A DNA stretch of 64,000 bases, taken from Candidatus Cloacimonadota bacterium. Its GTDB lineage: Bacteria; Cloacimonadota; Cloacimonadia; JGIOTU-2. Shown here in pieces: positions 1 to 11,572 of this stretch. The notes under the pieces were generated by a model. The model saw only the letters and a list, made by a program, of their open reading frames with translations, searched no databases and was not told the origin of the DNA. The first letter of the stretch is position 1, and every line of letters starts with the position of its first letter. The position numbers and the translations under genes are program-made. The stretch covers positions 1-64,000 of the forward strand of contig JBNGBT010000010.1 of the NCBI GenBank assembly GCA_049903315.1. The letters run 5' to 3'.

Positions 1-61
1 TACCATGGCATGTACTCCTTTCTGCAACAACATACTCTTCTCCCAATTTCTGTAAACAACG

Positions 62-3000
62 CTAAGTTTTCTTACATTCGCTAGTCTTTGCGCGTTTTTT
101 GTAAGAAATTCTTTCAACCAATGAATAGATCGTTGGAATGATGAGAAGCGTAAAGAATGTCGCAGTAATAAGTCCGCCAATGACTGCAATTGCCAGCGGA
201 GATCTCATTTCCGAACCCTGACCTGTACTGATCGCCATTGGCATCATGCCGCCAATTGTAGTGATCGCAGTAATGAGCACCGGACGCATTCTGTCCGAAC
301 TCGCTTGAACAATAGCATCTTGAGATATCAGTCCTTCTCTGCGAAGCTGATTTATATGATCAATAAGCACAATGCCGTTATTCACCACAATACCGGAGAG
401 TACAATAATTCCAACAAATGTTATAGCGCTGAGGGTCGTGCTGGTTGCAACAAGAATATAGATCACGCCAATGTATGCAAGGGGGAGTGTGAACATTATC
501 ACAAAGGGCTGCTTGAAGGATTCAAATTGGGACGCAAGTATCACATATACGAGAAGTGCTGCAAGAAGAAGTGCAAGGAACAACGTTAGAAAACTTTCTT
601 TCATGTCCTCGTATGCACCTCCGTATTCAATAAAATATCCAAGCGGAAGGTCATCAGTAATACCTTGAAGTTCTTTCTTAATCTCCTCAACTGTACTGCT
701 AAGATCCTTACCTGCTAGATCTGCTGTGATTGTCACTTTTCGGGTTTGGTGTTCACGGGAAATAGTTAATGGACCTTCCCCAAGATCCCAGCTTGCCACC
801 TGCTTGAGAGGTACGGAAAATCCCAAAGGTGAGGTGAGAGTTATATCTTCAAGATCTTTGATGCTGTTACGGTCCTGCTTGTCGTATCGGACAAGTATCT
901 CGATTTCATCACCTGCTTCACGGAATATTCCTGCAATTTTGCCGTACGTTGCTGTCCTGATCGCTGATTCTATCTGCGCTGTTGTGAGCCCGTATCGAAA
1001 TGCTTTATCGCGATTGATAGAAATATGAAGTTCAGGTTTTGCCTGTTTATATGTATTCTGCATGTCCACAATACCAGGGATAACTGATATTTTTTCTTCA
1101 ACCTGCATACTTATCTTGCGGAGATAATCAAGGTCTTTACCAAATATTTTAATAGATATTGGTGCTCCAGAACCGCCCACCATTTCACCGGACATGTCAG
1201 CAAAAGTTATCTCAACATCTTCAAGCTGAGGAAGTTTTTGCCTGATAATTTCCTTTATCTGTTCCGAGCTGAGATCCCGTTCCTCTTTAAAGGTTATGCG
1301 GAAGAAGATCTGGGCTTCGTTTGAACCCTGGGGATTTGTGGGATCTGCCGCTGCCATTCCTTCTGTCATTGCACCAGTTGCTGACATCACATCTACAACT
1401 TCCGGAAGATTTTGGATTATTGTCTCCATCTCTTTGATCATACTGCCTGTTTGTTCTAAACTTGTTCCCACAGGTGCTTTTACATTGATCACTTGCATTG
1501 GCATATCGGACTTTGGCATAAACTCAGCACCGATAAATGGGATTAATACAACTGCCAGCACAAAGAAAGCAAGTGTGATAAGGATTATTTTTCCGCGGTG
1601 ATGAAGAGACCAGCGCAGTGCTTTCAAATAGAAATTTCTTATCTTAATGAAAATTTTTCCGGTTGCCTGACGGTATTCTTCACCTGATGCGCGTTTTTTA
1701 AAGATGACAGATGCGAGCATTGGAACAATAGTAAGTGCAACGAACAGAGAAGCAAATAGCGAGAATGCTACAGTGAGTGCAAGTCCACGAACAAGCTGAC
1801 CTGTAAAACCTCCAGCAAAGATCATGGGAGCAAATACAGCAACTGTGGTAAGCGTGGAGGCCATGATCGCCATTCCTACCTGTGAAGCACCGACTTTTGC
1901 TGCCTCGAAGCGTTTCATGCCTTTTTCGAGATGTCGATAGATATTCTCGATCACCACGATCGAGTTGTCCACAAGCATGCCGACTCCAAGCGCCAGACCC
2001 CCAAGAGTCATAATATTAAGTGTATATTTTGCAAGATAGAGCGGGATAAAAGTTGCAATAATGGAGATAGGAATAGCAAGAGAAATAATAAGAGTCGGGC
2101 GCCAATTGCGAAGAAATAAGAACATTATCAAGATTGCAATAATTCCACCGTAAATAACAGTATTTCCTGTTTTGGAAGTTATTCTGCCTACGATATCGCC
2201 CTGGTCAAAGATCTCGACAAAATCTATGTCACCCGGAAGAGTTGCTGTCAATTTGGTCAGTTCCTTTTTAATGAGCTTGGAAACCTTGAGCGTGTTTGCT
2301 CCGGATTCCTTACTGATCCAGAACATGACTGTTGGTTTGCCATTCGTTCTGATGTCATAACGAACTTCTTTAAATCCATTCTCGACGCGTGCGATGTCTT
2401 TTACATAGATCACTTTACCGCTTTTGCTGATACTTATTGGAGTATTAGCGATCTCGTCTATGGATGTAAATTCTCCAAGTGAACGGATCATGAACTCATC
2501 TATACCTTCATCGACATAACCTGCACTCATATTAAGATTTTGAGCTCCTATTACCTGAACAACATCATCGATCGAGATCCCATTCTGCTCCAATTTAACT
2601 TTATCAATAATGATCTGTTTCTGAGGTTCATCTCCTCCCATCATCATAATTGAAGCGACGCCATTAAGGTGTTTTAGCTTTGGTTCTACTTCATCCTCAA
2701 GAATTTTTTTAAGTTGATAGGTATTTTCCATGCCGGTTACACCATAATACACAACTGGCATTTCTGAAAGATTGAATTTCACGACCATCGGACGCTCTGC
2801 ATCCTCAGGAAGATAACCCAGACTCATATCAATGGCATCCCTCAGATCCTGAGCTGCAAAATCCAGATTGGTGCCCCACACAAATTCGACAAGAATAAGT
2901 GAGATATTCTCCATACTTTCAGATTTGAGATTCTTTATATTTTTTACTCCGGCAATTGCGGTCTCCAACGGTTTGGTAACAACCTGTTCCACATCCTGTG

Positions 3001-3166
3001 ATGATGCTCCGGGATAATAGGTCACGATCGAGATGGTTGGATAATCCAGGTCAGGAAGCATTTCAAAACCCAGCATCAGAAAAGCAACCAGCCCGAGAAT
3101 AATAACCAGCACAGTGAGCATGGTAACGGTGACGCGTCTATTTACTGAAAATTCTGGTAATTTCAT
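62..3166 (-). CDS. RND family efflux transporter permease (AcrB/AcrD/AcrF-like)
   Basis: 1034-aa ORF with N-terminal TM, two large periplasmic loops, GMLVDNSIVVIENI and RMRPVLITAITTIGGMMP motifs; last gene of tetR-tolC-adaptor-RND unit. Confidence 0.95.
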   Translation of the reverse strand: MKLPEFSVNRRVTVTMLTVLVIILGLVAFLMLGFEMLPDLDYPTISIVTYYPGASSQDVEQVVTKPLETAIAGVKNIKNLKSESMENISLILVEFVWGTNLDFAAQDLRDAIDMSLGYLPEDAERPMVVKFNLSEMPVVYYGVTGMENTYQLKKILEDEVEPKLKHLNGVASIMMMGGDEPQKQIIIDKVKLEQNGISIDDVVQVIGAQNLNMSAGYVDEGIDEFMIRSLGEFTSIDEIANTPISISKSGKVIYVKDIARVENGFKEVRYDIRTNGKPTVMFWISKESGANTLKVSKLIKKELTKLTATLPGDIDFVEIFDQGDIVGRITSKTGNTVIYGGIIAILIMFLFLRNWRPTLIISLAIPISIIATFIPLYLAKYTLNIMTLGGLALGVGMLVDNSIVVIENIYRHLEKGMKRFEAAKVGASQVGMAIMASTLTTVAVFAPMIFAGGFTGQLVRGLALTVAFSLFASLFVALTIVPMLASVIFKKRASGEEYRQATGKIFIKIRNFYLKALRWSLHHRGKIILITLAFFVLAVVLIPFIGAEFMPKSDMPMQVINVKAPVGTSLEQTGSMIKEMETIIQNLPEVVDVMSATGAMTEGMAAADPTNPQGSNEAQIFFRITFKEERDLSSEQIKEIIRQKLPQLEDVEITFADMSGEMVGGSGAPISIKIFGKDLDYLRKISMQVEEKISVIPGIVDMQNTYKQAKPELHISINRDKAFRYGLTTAQIESAIRTATYGKIAGIFREAGDEIEILVRYDKQDRNSIKDLEDITLTSPLGFSVPLKQVASWDLGEGPLTISREHQTRKVTITADLAGKDLSSTVEEIKKELQGITDDLPLGYFIEYGGAYEDMKESFLTLFLALLLAALLVYVILASQFESFKQPFVIMFTLPLAYIGVIYILVATSTTLSAITFVGIIVLSGIVVNNGIVLIDHINQLRREGLISQDAIVQASSDRMRPVLITAITTIGGMMPMAISTGQGSEMRSPLAIAVIGGLITATFFTLLIIPTIYSLVERISYKKRAKTSECKKT

Positions 3167-3194
3167 GATATTTTCTCCTTGTGCACGGCGGGTA

Positions 3195-4226
3195 TTATTT
3201 GTTTCTTATGACAATATTGGAATTTTCCGGCAAGCCGATAGCTCCATTAATAACAACAAGATCTCCAGCAACAAGCCCATCAGTCACTTCAATCTCATTT
3301 TCATTTGATAGACCAATCTTGATATTTTTCCTGGATGCGACCGAATTGTTCACAACAAATACGATGCCTTCACCGATAAGTGCATCTTTGGGGATTACAT
3401 ACGCATTGTCAGAAACTTTTATAACTATATCGGTTACTGCATATTGGTTTGGTTTGAGAGTATGGTTTTTATTCTCGATGATGATCTCACAGGGGAATGT
3501 GCCGGACATCATATCTGCTTCCGGAGACACAAAAGATACCTTTCCAATAAAAGCTTGTCCTGGCTCGCTATCCACATAGATGTAAGCCTTCTGCCCTTTT
3601 TTGACCTTATTTATATCGACATCAGAAATGTTAAGATTCATTTTCAAAACATCCAGGTCAACAATCCTGAAAAGTGCAGGATCACCATACGAACTCGGAA
3701 GCATTGCAGAATAAGATTCACCTTCCTGTTTTGTTCTGAGTGTCACAATGCCGTCAAAAGGAGCAGTTATTTGAGTATTGTTTTTTACAAATTGGTATCC
3801 GGATTGAGCTGTTTTGAAAGCGGATTCGATCTGGTCAAAAGTTTGCTTGTCCACAGAACCGGTATTCTTGAGAGATTTCATGCGGTCATAATTTTTCTTT
3901 GCCATATCGAACTGTGCTTCTGCCTGTTTGAGCTGGGTGCTATCCATGACTGCGAGCAACTGTCCCTTTTTGACAACATCTCCTTCTTTGACCATTAGAT
4001 TTTTTATCTTCATGCTGAGTTCTGGACCCACGAATGCAGCTTTCACAGCTTCAAGTGTTCCGGAATAAGTAACAGTTTCTTCAATTGTTTTTATTTCTAC
4101 TTCTGCGACATCGACATAATTTTTCGCAGCAACAATAGTGTCGATTTCTCCCTCATGTTTTTTGGAACAGGCGGTTATTGAGAATATTATTAATGTAATT
4201 ATCAGGAATATTGTTTTATATTTCAT
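3195..4226 (-). CDS. RND efflux periplasmic adaptor (membrane fusion protein), lipoprotein
   Basis: Lipobox-like ITAC, lipoyl-like VKEGDVVKKGQLL and ITAPFDGIV motifs; adjacent to RND permease. Confidence 0.93.
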   Translation of the reverse strand: MKYKTIFLIITLIIFSITACSKKHEGEIDTIVAAKNYVDVAEVEIKTIEETVTYSGTLEAVKAAFVGPELSMKIKNLMVKEGDVVKKGQLLAVMDSTQLKQAEAQFDMAKKNYDRMKSLKNTGSVDKQTFDQIESAFKTAQSGYQFVKNNTQITAPFDGIVTLRTKQEGESYSAMLPSSYGDPALFRIVDLDVLKMNLNISDVDINKVKKGQKAYIYVDSEPGQAFIGKVSFVSPEADMMSGTFPCEIIIENKNHTLKPNQYAVTDIVIKVSDNAYVIPKDALIGEGIVFVVNNSVASRKNIKIGLSNENEIEVTDGLVAGDLVVINGAIGLPENSNIVIRNK

Positions 4227-4239
4227 GTGATCCTCTCAT

Positions 4240-5640
4240 TTATTTATTTGTAAATTTTTCTAATGCATATTTTGCAAGCACAAAATCATAATATGATGTT
4301 TGGAGACTAAGCTCGATACTAAATAGCATTATCTCAGCATCCATAAGCTCTGTATTCGTCACCATTCCCTGGTCGAAGAGGTCATTGACAATGTTATAAT
4401 TTTGTTTTGCATTTTCATAAGCGAGTTTTCCGCTGATTACTTTTTTTGCTTTTGTAATAAGGTCATACACGCTGTTTTCTGCTGCCATCAGGATTTTCTC
4501 GCGAGCATCCTCGAGCTGAAGCTGCGTGCTTTTATATTGGAAATTACTCTTTTTTAGATTAGTGATATTTGTTCCGAAATGGAAGATCGGCACAGAAAAA
4601 ACTGCGGCGATATTCCATGACTTTGCACCGTCAAAATTGAGCTTATCATCCTGATCAAATGTTCGTGTATACTGGAGGTTTAACGATGGAAGAAAATTAC
4701 TGATAGAGAGTTTCTTTGCAGTTTTTGCGATTTTCTCAGAGAGGGCGAAACTTTTCAGGTCAGGATTCTCTGCTTTTACGATAGAGAGGAGGTAACTCAG
4801 TGTATCAAATTTGGTTACCTCAGACATAGAATGCAGAAGAGTAATCTCATTATCGTAGGAAGTAAGATCGATCCTATCCGGCATTGCAGCTTGTGATAAA
4901 GACTCTAATCCGAGAATATTGTACCAATAAGTTTTCAGAATCGATAAGCCGTTTTTGAGTTCTTCAAGTGTGATCTTATCATTCTCAACTTTAACTTCCC
5001 ATTGCAGCACATCAGATTTTTTTACCATTCCCACATCGAATTTATCATATATTTTTTTCAATTGTGCCTGGCTCGAAGCGAGACTTTTATTGGCGATTTT
5101 TATCATATCCTGTATTTTCAGAATATTGAGATATGAGTCCGCTACATTGTATTGCAAGTCGTTCTGAGAGCTAGCCAGATTCTGCAGCGCCTGTTTTGTG
5201 CTCAACTTAGCGATCTCATAACCGAGGAACAATTTCCCTCCGTTAAAGATCGGTTGCTGGATAGTAAGATCGGTCATGTAGGTTGTTTTATACACACCAC
5301 CGGACAGCGCACCAACAGAAATGGGAACATAATCACCGGTCGGCACACCCGCAGTGTTAAACACCGGAAGTTGAAAGACAGAATTTGCTTCTTTATAGGT
5401 CTCATTATCAATACGAACCGCAGTTGCATTTAGATTGACCTTTGGGAAAAAGTTCGTGAGTGCATTTTTCTCATTCCACTTGTATTGCTGATACGTGTAC
5501 TTCTGTGCAGTAAAGCTCTTATTGTTTTTGAGTGCAGTTGAAATCGCGTCATCCAAAGACATTGCACAGAGGTGGGAGGAAAAGAGGAGCAATGTAATTG
5601 AAACGAAAATGGTTTTCCGCTTCATGAAATTCTTACGCAT
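4240..5640 (-). CDS. TolC-family outer membrane efflux protein
   Basis: Signal peptide, SLDDAISTAL, two repeats with FFPKVNL/FLPSLNL and QPIFNGG/VPIFHFG; operon context. Confidence 0.92.
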   Translation of the reverse strand: MRKNFMKRKTIFVSITLLLFSSHLCAMSLDDAISTALKNNKSFTAQKYTYQQYKWNEKNALTNFFPKVNLNATAVRIDNETYKEANSVFQLPVFNTAGVPTGDYVPISVGALSGGVYKTTYMTDLTIQQPIFNGGKLFLGYEIAKLSTKQALQNLASSQNDLQYNVADSYLNILKIQDMIKIANKSLASSQAQLKKIYDKFDVGMVKKSDVLQWEVKVENDKITLEELKNGLSILKTYWYNILGLESLSQAAMPDRIDLTSYDNEITLLHSMSEVTKFDTLSYLLSIVKAENPDLKSFALSEKIAKTAKKLSISNFLPSLNLQYTRTFDQDDKLNFDGAKSWNIAAVFSVPIFHFGTNITNLKKSNFQYKSTQLQLEDAREKILMAAENSVYDLITKAKKVISGKLAYENAKQNYNIVNDLFDQGMVTNTELMDAEIMLFSIELSLQTSYYDFVLAKYALEKFTNK

Positions 5641-5663
5641 ATTTATCTCCTTATTATGAATAT

Positions 5664-6275
5664 TTATGGTTTCATGCCCTGAAAGATCAGGTCTATCATC
5701 TCATCGGTATTTTCGAAAAGGTGCTCATTATTAAATTCAGGATCGAAGAGATACATCATCATTTGAGCAAGCAGGACGGAATAGAATATTTTTGTTGCAT
5801 TATATGAATTCATTTCTGGATTGATCATATTATTTTTCTGAAGCCGCTCCAGCAAATCCTGAAATGCTTTGATGAGTTCAATATCGAGCACCATTCCTTT
5901 TTGAAGATGCACGTCGGAAGAGAAAGTTGCGATAAATATTTCCTTCATACTTTCTTTATTTACAAGCAAAGGAATGCTAAAGATCTTTCTTAAGAGTGAT
6001 TTTATAATGTCTTTTGCATTATGATTTTGCAGGTTTATGTTGAAGAGAGAATCGTCGCCAGTAATTGCAAATTCCATTTCATCCTGCATGATATCAAGAA
6101 GAAGATCGTTCTTTGACGGAAAGTAATTGTATAACGTGCCGACCGCGAGTTCTGCTTTCGCAGCGATATCCTGCATGGAAGTATTTGAGAAGCCCTTCTT
6201 ATTAAAAAGCGCAACTGCTGCAGAGAAAATTCTGTCTTTTCTTGCAGACTTCTTTTTTTCTCTTAATCCTGTCAT
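5664..6275 (-). CDS. TetR/AcrR family transcriptional regulator
   Basis: N-terminal HTH (AAVALFNKKGFSNTSMQDIAAKAELAVGTLYNYFPSK); start moved from 6302 to ATG at 6275, which follows GGAG. Confidence 0.93.
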   Translation of the reverse strand: MTGLREKKKSARKDRIFSAAVALFNKKGFSNTSMQDIAAKAELAVGTLYNYFPSKNDLLLDIMQDEMEFAITGDDSLFNINLQNHNAKDIIKSLLRKIFSIPLLVNKESMKEIFIATFSSDVHLQKGMVLDIELIKAFQDLLERLQKNNMINPEMNSYNATKIFYSVLLAQMMMYLFDPEFNNEHLFENTDEMIDLIFQGMKP

Positions 6276-6289
6276 TGTATCTCCAAACA

Positions 6290-6317
6290 TGAATGAATTC
6301 AAAAATGAATTGGTTCA
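6290..6317. promoter_or_regulatory. Candidate TetR operator: TGAATGAATTCA-AAAA-TGAATTGGTTCA
   Basis: Two TGAA-N4-TTCA boxes forming a 12-4-12 inverted repeat (10/12 match), between a minus-strand TTGACA (6342-6347) and the tetR start. Confidence 0.6.
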
Positions 6318-6436
6318 CTTTAGTTGGCTCCGATTATTTCGTGTCAAATTTTTTATTACATATAATAAAATAATTGACAGCATTTATGATTTTTTCGTAA
6401 ACATTGAATACATGAAAAAAATCAAAAGGAGATGCT

Positions 6437-7540
6437 ATGGAAGAAAAACAAGCTAAGGTTTTTGGGTTTAAGGATATCTTTAAAGCATGGAATCATACAT
6501 TTCGATTTCATCGTTTGATGATATCAGGTATTGCGTACATACTAATGGGGCTTATTGCCTACTTTCTTATTTTCGATTCTTTTCTTGCCCCGATTAAATC
6601 GTTTGGTATGCAGGACACAATGGTGATCGCATTAAGCCTATTCTCTGTGAAATCAGTAATTGGCATTATTCTCATTGCATTTGTCATGTTCATAGCGCGC
6701 ATGTGCATTGCCTACTCAATTCGCACTGAGGTTGTTGATGATGAGATATTTGTAGGTTGGAAAGATGTGTTTAAATTCTTAGGTAAGCACATAAAAACGT
6801 TTGTGTTTTATGTATTGGGATGGATCCTTCTTTTCGTACTGGTCGCACTTGGCTATCTTTTCTTCTATGTGATAGGCATGATACCTTTTGTCGGTTCATT
6901 GTGGCTTTCGATCATGTATTTGCTTCCATTTGCAATCTCAATTTTTGCAGTACTGGCTCTTGTAATTCTTTGTTTTGCCTGTACCTATGGAGCAGTTATT
7001 GTCGGCGTGGAGCAGGAATCTGCAATGGACAGCATTATCAGCTTATTCCATCTTATTAAAGATCACGGTGTATATATCATTGCGACACATGTGCTCTCAT
7101 GGATAGTCGGGACTATTGCATTCTGCTTTGTGTTCGCTGTTGTTCAAGGAGCAGTAGCGTTAACAAGCTGGGGTGCCCATCTGATTATGGGGCAGGAATT
7201 TGCCAAGATCACTTTTCCGGGATTCTTTGGGTTTATCAATCTTCTTTTCCCGGGCTTGAATATGGGCTTTGGTATAGGTGGCTATTACGTAATTCCCGGC
7301 TTTATAATTGGCGTGTTCCTTATCCTCATCGCTTCAATTCTTTATTCATATTTCTTCAACTACATGACTGCTGCCGAAACATTCATTTATCTTTCCTCAC
7401 AGGATAAATTTTATCCAAAAAGAAAAGATGATGATGTAGATGACACTGATGAAGAAGACGAAGAAGATAAGGATGAAGACGTTGTTGTGGAAGAAGAAGT
7501 TGATGTTGAGATCGATGTAGAAGATAAGGAGAAAGAGTAA
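6437..7540 (+). CDS. Hypothetical multi-pass membrane protein with acidic C-terminal tail
   Basis: 367 aa, about 7-8 hydrophobic segments, Asp/Glu-rich tail; AGGAG RBS. Confidence 0.8.
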   Translation: MEEKQAKVFGFKDIFKAWNHTFRFHRLMISGIAYILMGLIAYFLIFDSFLAPIKSFGMQDTMVIALSLFSVKSVIGIILIAFVMFIARMCIAYSIRTEVVDDEIFVGWKDVFKFLGKHIKTFVFYVLGWILLFVLVALGYLFFYVIGMIPFVGSLWLSIMYLLPFAISIFAVLALVILCFACTYGAVIVGVEQESAMDSIISLFHLIKDHGVYIIATHVLSWIVGTIAFCFVFAVVQGAVALTSWGAHLIMGQEFAKITFPGFFGFINLLFPGLNMGFGIGGYYVIPGFIIGVFLILIASILYSYFFNYMTAAETFIYLSSQDKFYPKRKDDDVDDTDEEDEEDKDEDVVVEEEVDVEIDVEDKEKE

Positions 7541-7545
7541 AACTC

Positions 7546-8517
7546 ATGGTACATTATACGGAATTAGGTTTTGTTAATACTCGAGATATGTTTAAAAAGG
7601 CGGTGGATGGCAATTATGCTATCCCCGCCTACAATTTTAACAACATGGAACAGCTCCAGGCAATCATTACTGCGTGTGTGAACACTGCTTCTCCGGTCAT
7701 ATTACAGATATCAAAAGGCGCCAGAAACTATGCCAATGAGACGCTGTTACGTTACATGGGACAGGGTGCGATAGAGATGATGAAACAAATGGGCAAAGCG
7801 GTCCCTGTAGCTATGCATCTTGACCATGGAGACAGCTATGAACTCTGTGTGAGTTGTATTGAATATGGCTTCTCGTCAGTCATGATAGATGGATCTTCAC
7901 TTCCATATGAAGAGAATATTGCACTCACCAAAAAAGTCGTGGAATATGCTCATAAGCATGATGTCTCTGTGGAAGGTGAATTGGGCGTTCTTGCAGGTAT
8001 TGAAGATGATGTGTCTGCAGAAGTTTCTCACTACACAGATCCGGATGACGTAGAAGATTTCGTGAACAGAACGGGGGTTGACTCCCTTGCAATTTCGATT
8101 GGCACTTCTCACGGCGCGTATAAGTTCAAAGTTGGACCCAGCGAAGAAATTCCACCGTTGCGTTTTGATATTCTGGAAGAGATTGAACGCAGAATTCCCG
8201 GATTTCCTATCGTCCTTCACGGATCTTCATCAGTTATGCCCAAATATATTAAGATTATAAATGAATACGGCGGCGATATGCAGGGCGCATCTGGAGTTCC
8301 CGAAGACCAGCTGAGAAAAGCGACAAAGTCCGCAGTGTGCAAAATCAATATTGATTCTGACGGAAGACTTGCCATGACAGCGATCATACGTGAATTCCTT
8401 GCAAAAAATCCCGCAGCCTTTGATCCAAGAAAATATCTCGGACCCGCACGAACTGAGCTCATCGCAATGTATGAGCACAAAAATAAAAGTGTGCTTGGAT
8501 CCGCAGGCAAGGCATAA
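7546..8517 (+). CDS. fba: Class II fructose-1,6-bisphosphate aldolase
   Basis: HLDHG, SSVMIDGS, VEGELG, GTSHGAYK, VLHGSS and KINIDSDGR motifs. Confidence 0.97.
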   Translation: MVHYTELGFVNTRDMFKKAVDGNYAIPAYNFNNMEQLQAIITACVNTASPVILQISKGARNYANETLLRYMGQGAIEMMKQMGKAVPVAMHLDHGDSYELCVSCIEYGFSSVMIDGSSLPYEENIALTKKVVEYAHKHDVSVEGELGVLAGIEDDVSAEVSHYTDPDDVEDFVNRTGVDSLAISIGTSHGAYKFKVGPSEEIPPLRFDILEEIERRIPGFPIVLHGSSSVMPKYIKIINEYGGDMQGASGVPEDQLRKATKSAVCKINIDSDGRLAMTAIIREFLAKNPAAFDPRKYLGPARTELIAMYEHKNKSVLGSAGKA

Positions 8518-8674
8518 TATTATAAAAATCTTGACACCCAGCGTTTAATTTTAGAGAAAAAAGTCAATAGTGTTTTTATATATAAAATGTCGTACATAGC
8601 AAAGCTTCGGCTTATAATTATGTTAACGTCTTAGGTAGGTAACAAAAAAAATAACAAATTCTAGAAGGAGTACT

Positions 8675-9238
8675 ATGAAAAAAATAATTGCTTTAGTTGT
8701 ATGTTTAATGATTACCACAAGTGTGTTTGCATTCGATCCAGGTGAAAAACTTATATGGGGTGAAGTAGGATTTAGTTCCTATACACCCATGAAGGATTAT
8801 GATGCTACAACGACATTGAGTCTCGATGCAATGGTTAGCTATTTCCTTATGAAGGATATTTCACTTGACGTAGGTCTCTTTTGGGAAAGTGTAAAGAGTC
8901 CCTATTATTACTACAAAAGTGATGAGACTTCCACTGTTAGTGATCTTTTGATTGGTGTTGGTGGTTCTTTCTATATAACAAATTTCTATGTTAACGCTGC
9001 ATTCTTATATGAATTATACAGCTCAAAATATAGCAGCAAAGATGATGATACGTATAACCAAAATGCAACATACTTATTGTTTGGTGGTGGCTATCTGGTC
9101 CCCCTTGTTGAAGGTGTATTTATAGATATTGGTGCTGATTATATGATGGGGCTTGGAAAATTCTCTGGTGATAGCGAAGCAGATAATGAACGTTCGAGCT
9201 TTGGGGTTGGAGCTGGTTTTGTAGTTCATCTTCCGTAA
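8675..9238 (+). CDS. Small outer-membrane beta-barrel protein (about 8 strands)
   Basis: Sec signal peptide ending SVFA, alternating hydrophobic strands rich in Gly and aromatic residues; AAGGAG RBS. Confidence 0.75.
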   Translation: MKKIIALVVCLMITTSVFAFDPGEKLIWGEVGFSSYTPMKDYDATTTLSLDAMVSYFLMKDISLDVGLFWESVKSPYYYYKSDETSTVSDLLIGVGGSFYITNFYVNAAFLYELYSSKYSSKDDDTYNQNATYLLFGGGYLVPLVEGVFIDIGADYMMGLGKFSGDSEADNERSSFGVGAGFVVHLP

Positions 9239-9257
9239 ATTTAAGAAATAAAATATT

Positions 9258-9287
9258 AAGGGACGATTCTTCGGGATCGTCCCTTTT
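9258..9287 (+). terminator. Intrinsic terminator with cUUCGg loop
   Basis: AAGGGACGATT-C-TTCG-G-GATCGTCCCTT followed by TT. Confidence 0.8.
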
Positions 9288-9326
9288 AGATATGAAAAAT
9301 CCACGAATAAAGAGGAGATACAAACA

Positions 9327-10484
9327 ATGAAAAAAATTGTTATATTATTAGTATTACTTTCTGTATGTGCTCTTGCCTTCGCAACAGAAGGACGAGTAAG
9401 AGGCATGGGAGTTAATCCCATATTTTACGATGATGACTGTCTTTTCATATTATTCCCACAGTACATTTCTCATTATATGAACAATGCCTACATTGATGCA
9501 TATTCTTATACCTATTATGATAAAACAACTGAATTTCAATATTCAGGTGGTTTGAATTTCAAACTTCTCGGCAATGACTTTGGTATCTATATCAATAGGG
9601 ATTTCCCGATCAAGTTTGATTATAATTATGCAAAACTGGATAAAGCAATGAATCTTTATCTTGCGATTGGTGGACTTGGTCTTGGTTTGGATATTGCGAT
9701 GGATACTTATCAAAATGATAATTATTATACGAAATCAACTCTGAAAGAAAACACACTCGGTCTTGGCGGTAAACTCGGACTCGAGGTCAGTGGTTTTGAT
9801 GTTGCAGGACAGGTTTACTTTGCAACCGGAAAATCAGAAATTGAAGAAGTTCAAGAATGTACTGATAATGCCATGTTCGTCTATGGCGCAGCACGAATGA
9901 AAATGTTTGAAACCAATAAATCCTGCATCTATCCTAAAGCTGAACTTGAAATAGGAACAGCAAAAGAAGTAGAAAAGGATCTCACAAAAACAGACAATGA
10001 AGATGAATACAAATTCAATTATATGACCATTGATCCAGGTATCGGTTTGAACCACTGGCTTACAGATGAAGTTCTTGTTATCGCTGCTGCAAGTTGTGGA
10101 TTTTATACTGGGAAATACACTTCATCCTACGGATATTCTGATACAACATATTCTTATGACAGCAATTATACAATGATCACTTTACCACTACTGGAGCTTG
10201 GTCTTGAAGCCCGTCTTGCAAAATGGCTTACTGTTCGTGCCGGGGTAAACCAGGAATATTACTATTATTCATCAAAGGGTGACGAATGCTGCAAAGATGA
10301 TGTTAAAGTATCATATTATGACTCAAACTTCGATTATGCCTTCGGTATTGGTCTTAACTTCGGCCAATGGACGATTGACTGGGAAATCTGTGACGATCTC
10401 TTTAGGAAGGGACCATACATAGTTACAGGAAACGAAAGTGATTTTGCAAGTTCATTCACTGTAAAATATAATTTCGGCAAATAA
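9327..10484 (+). CDS. Outer-membrane beta-barrel protein (porin-like), function unknown
   Basis: Signal peptide ending AFA, N-terminal RVRGMG segment, amphipathic strands, C-terminal VKYNF-GK; GAGGAG RBS. Confidence 0.75.
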   Translation: MKKIVILLVLLSVCALAFATEGRVRGMGVNPIFYDDDCLFILFPQYISHYMNNAYIDAYSYTYYDKTTEFQYSGGLNFKLLGNDFGIYINRDFPIKFDYNYAKLDKAMNLYLAIGGLGLGLDIAMDTYQNDNYYTKSTLKENTLGLGGKLGLEVSGFDVAGQVYFATGKSEIEEVQECTDNAMFVYGAARMKMFETNKSCIYPKAELEIGTAKEVEKDLTKTDNEDEYKFNYMTIDPGIGLNHWLTDEVLVIAAASCGFYTGKYTSSYGYSDTTYSYDSNYTMITLPLLELGLEARLAKWLTVRAGVNQEYYYYSSKGDECCKDDVKVSYYDSNFDYAFGIGLNFGQWTIDWEICDDLFRKGPYIVTGNESDFASSFTVKYNFGK

Positions 10485-10506
10485 TTACAAATTTGGATTA
10501 TAAATC

Positions 10507-10536
10507 AAGGGACGATCCGAAAATCGTCCCTTTTTT
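10507..10536. terminator. Intrinsic terminator between convergent OMP and gap genes
   Basis: AAGGGACGAT-CCGAAA-ATCGTCCCTT-TTTT. Confidence 0.8.
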
Positions 10537-10556
10537 GTTCTATACGTTTAATCTTA

Positions 10557-11561
<1,005 letters not shown>

Positions 11562-11572
11562 TCAAAATCACC

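Noticed and set aside
1..61. Start of a downstream minus-strand gene (AAGGAG then ATG near 4-11)
   Set aside because: Only a few codons in the window; cannot be called
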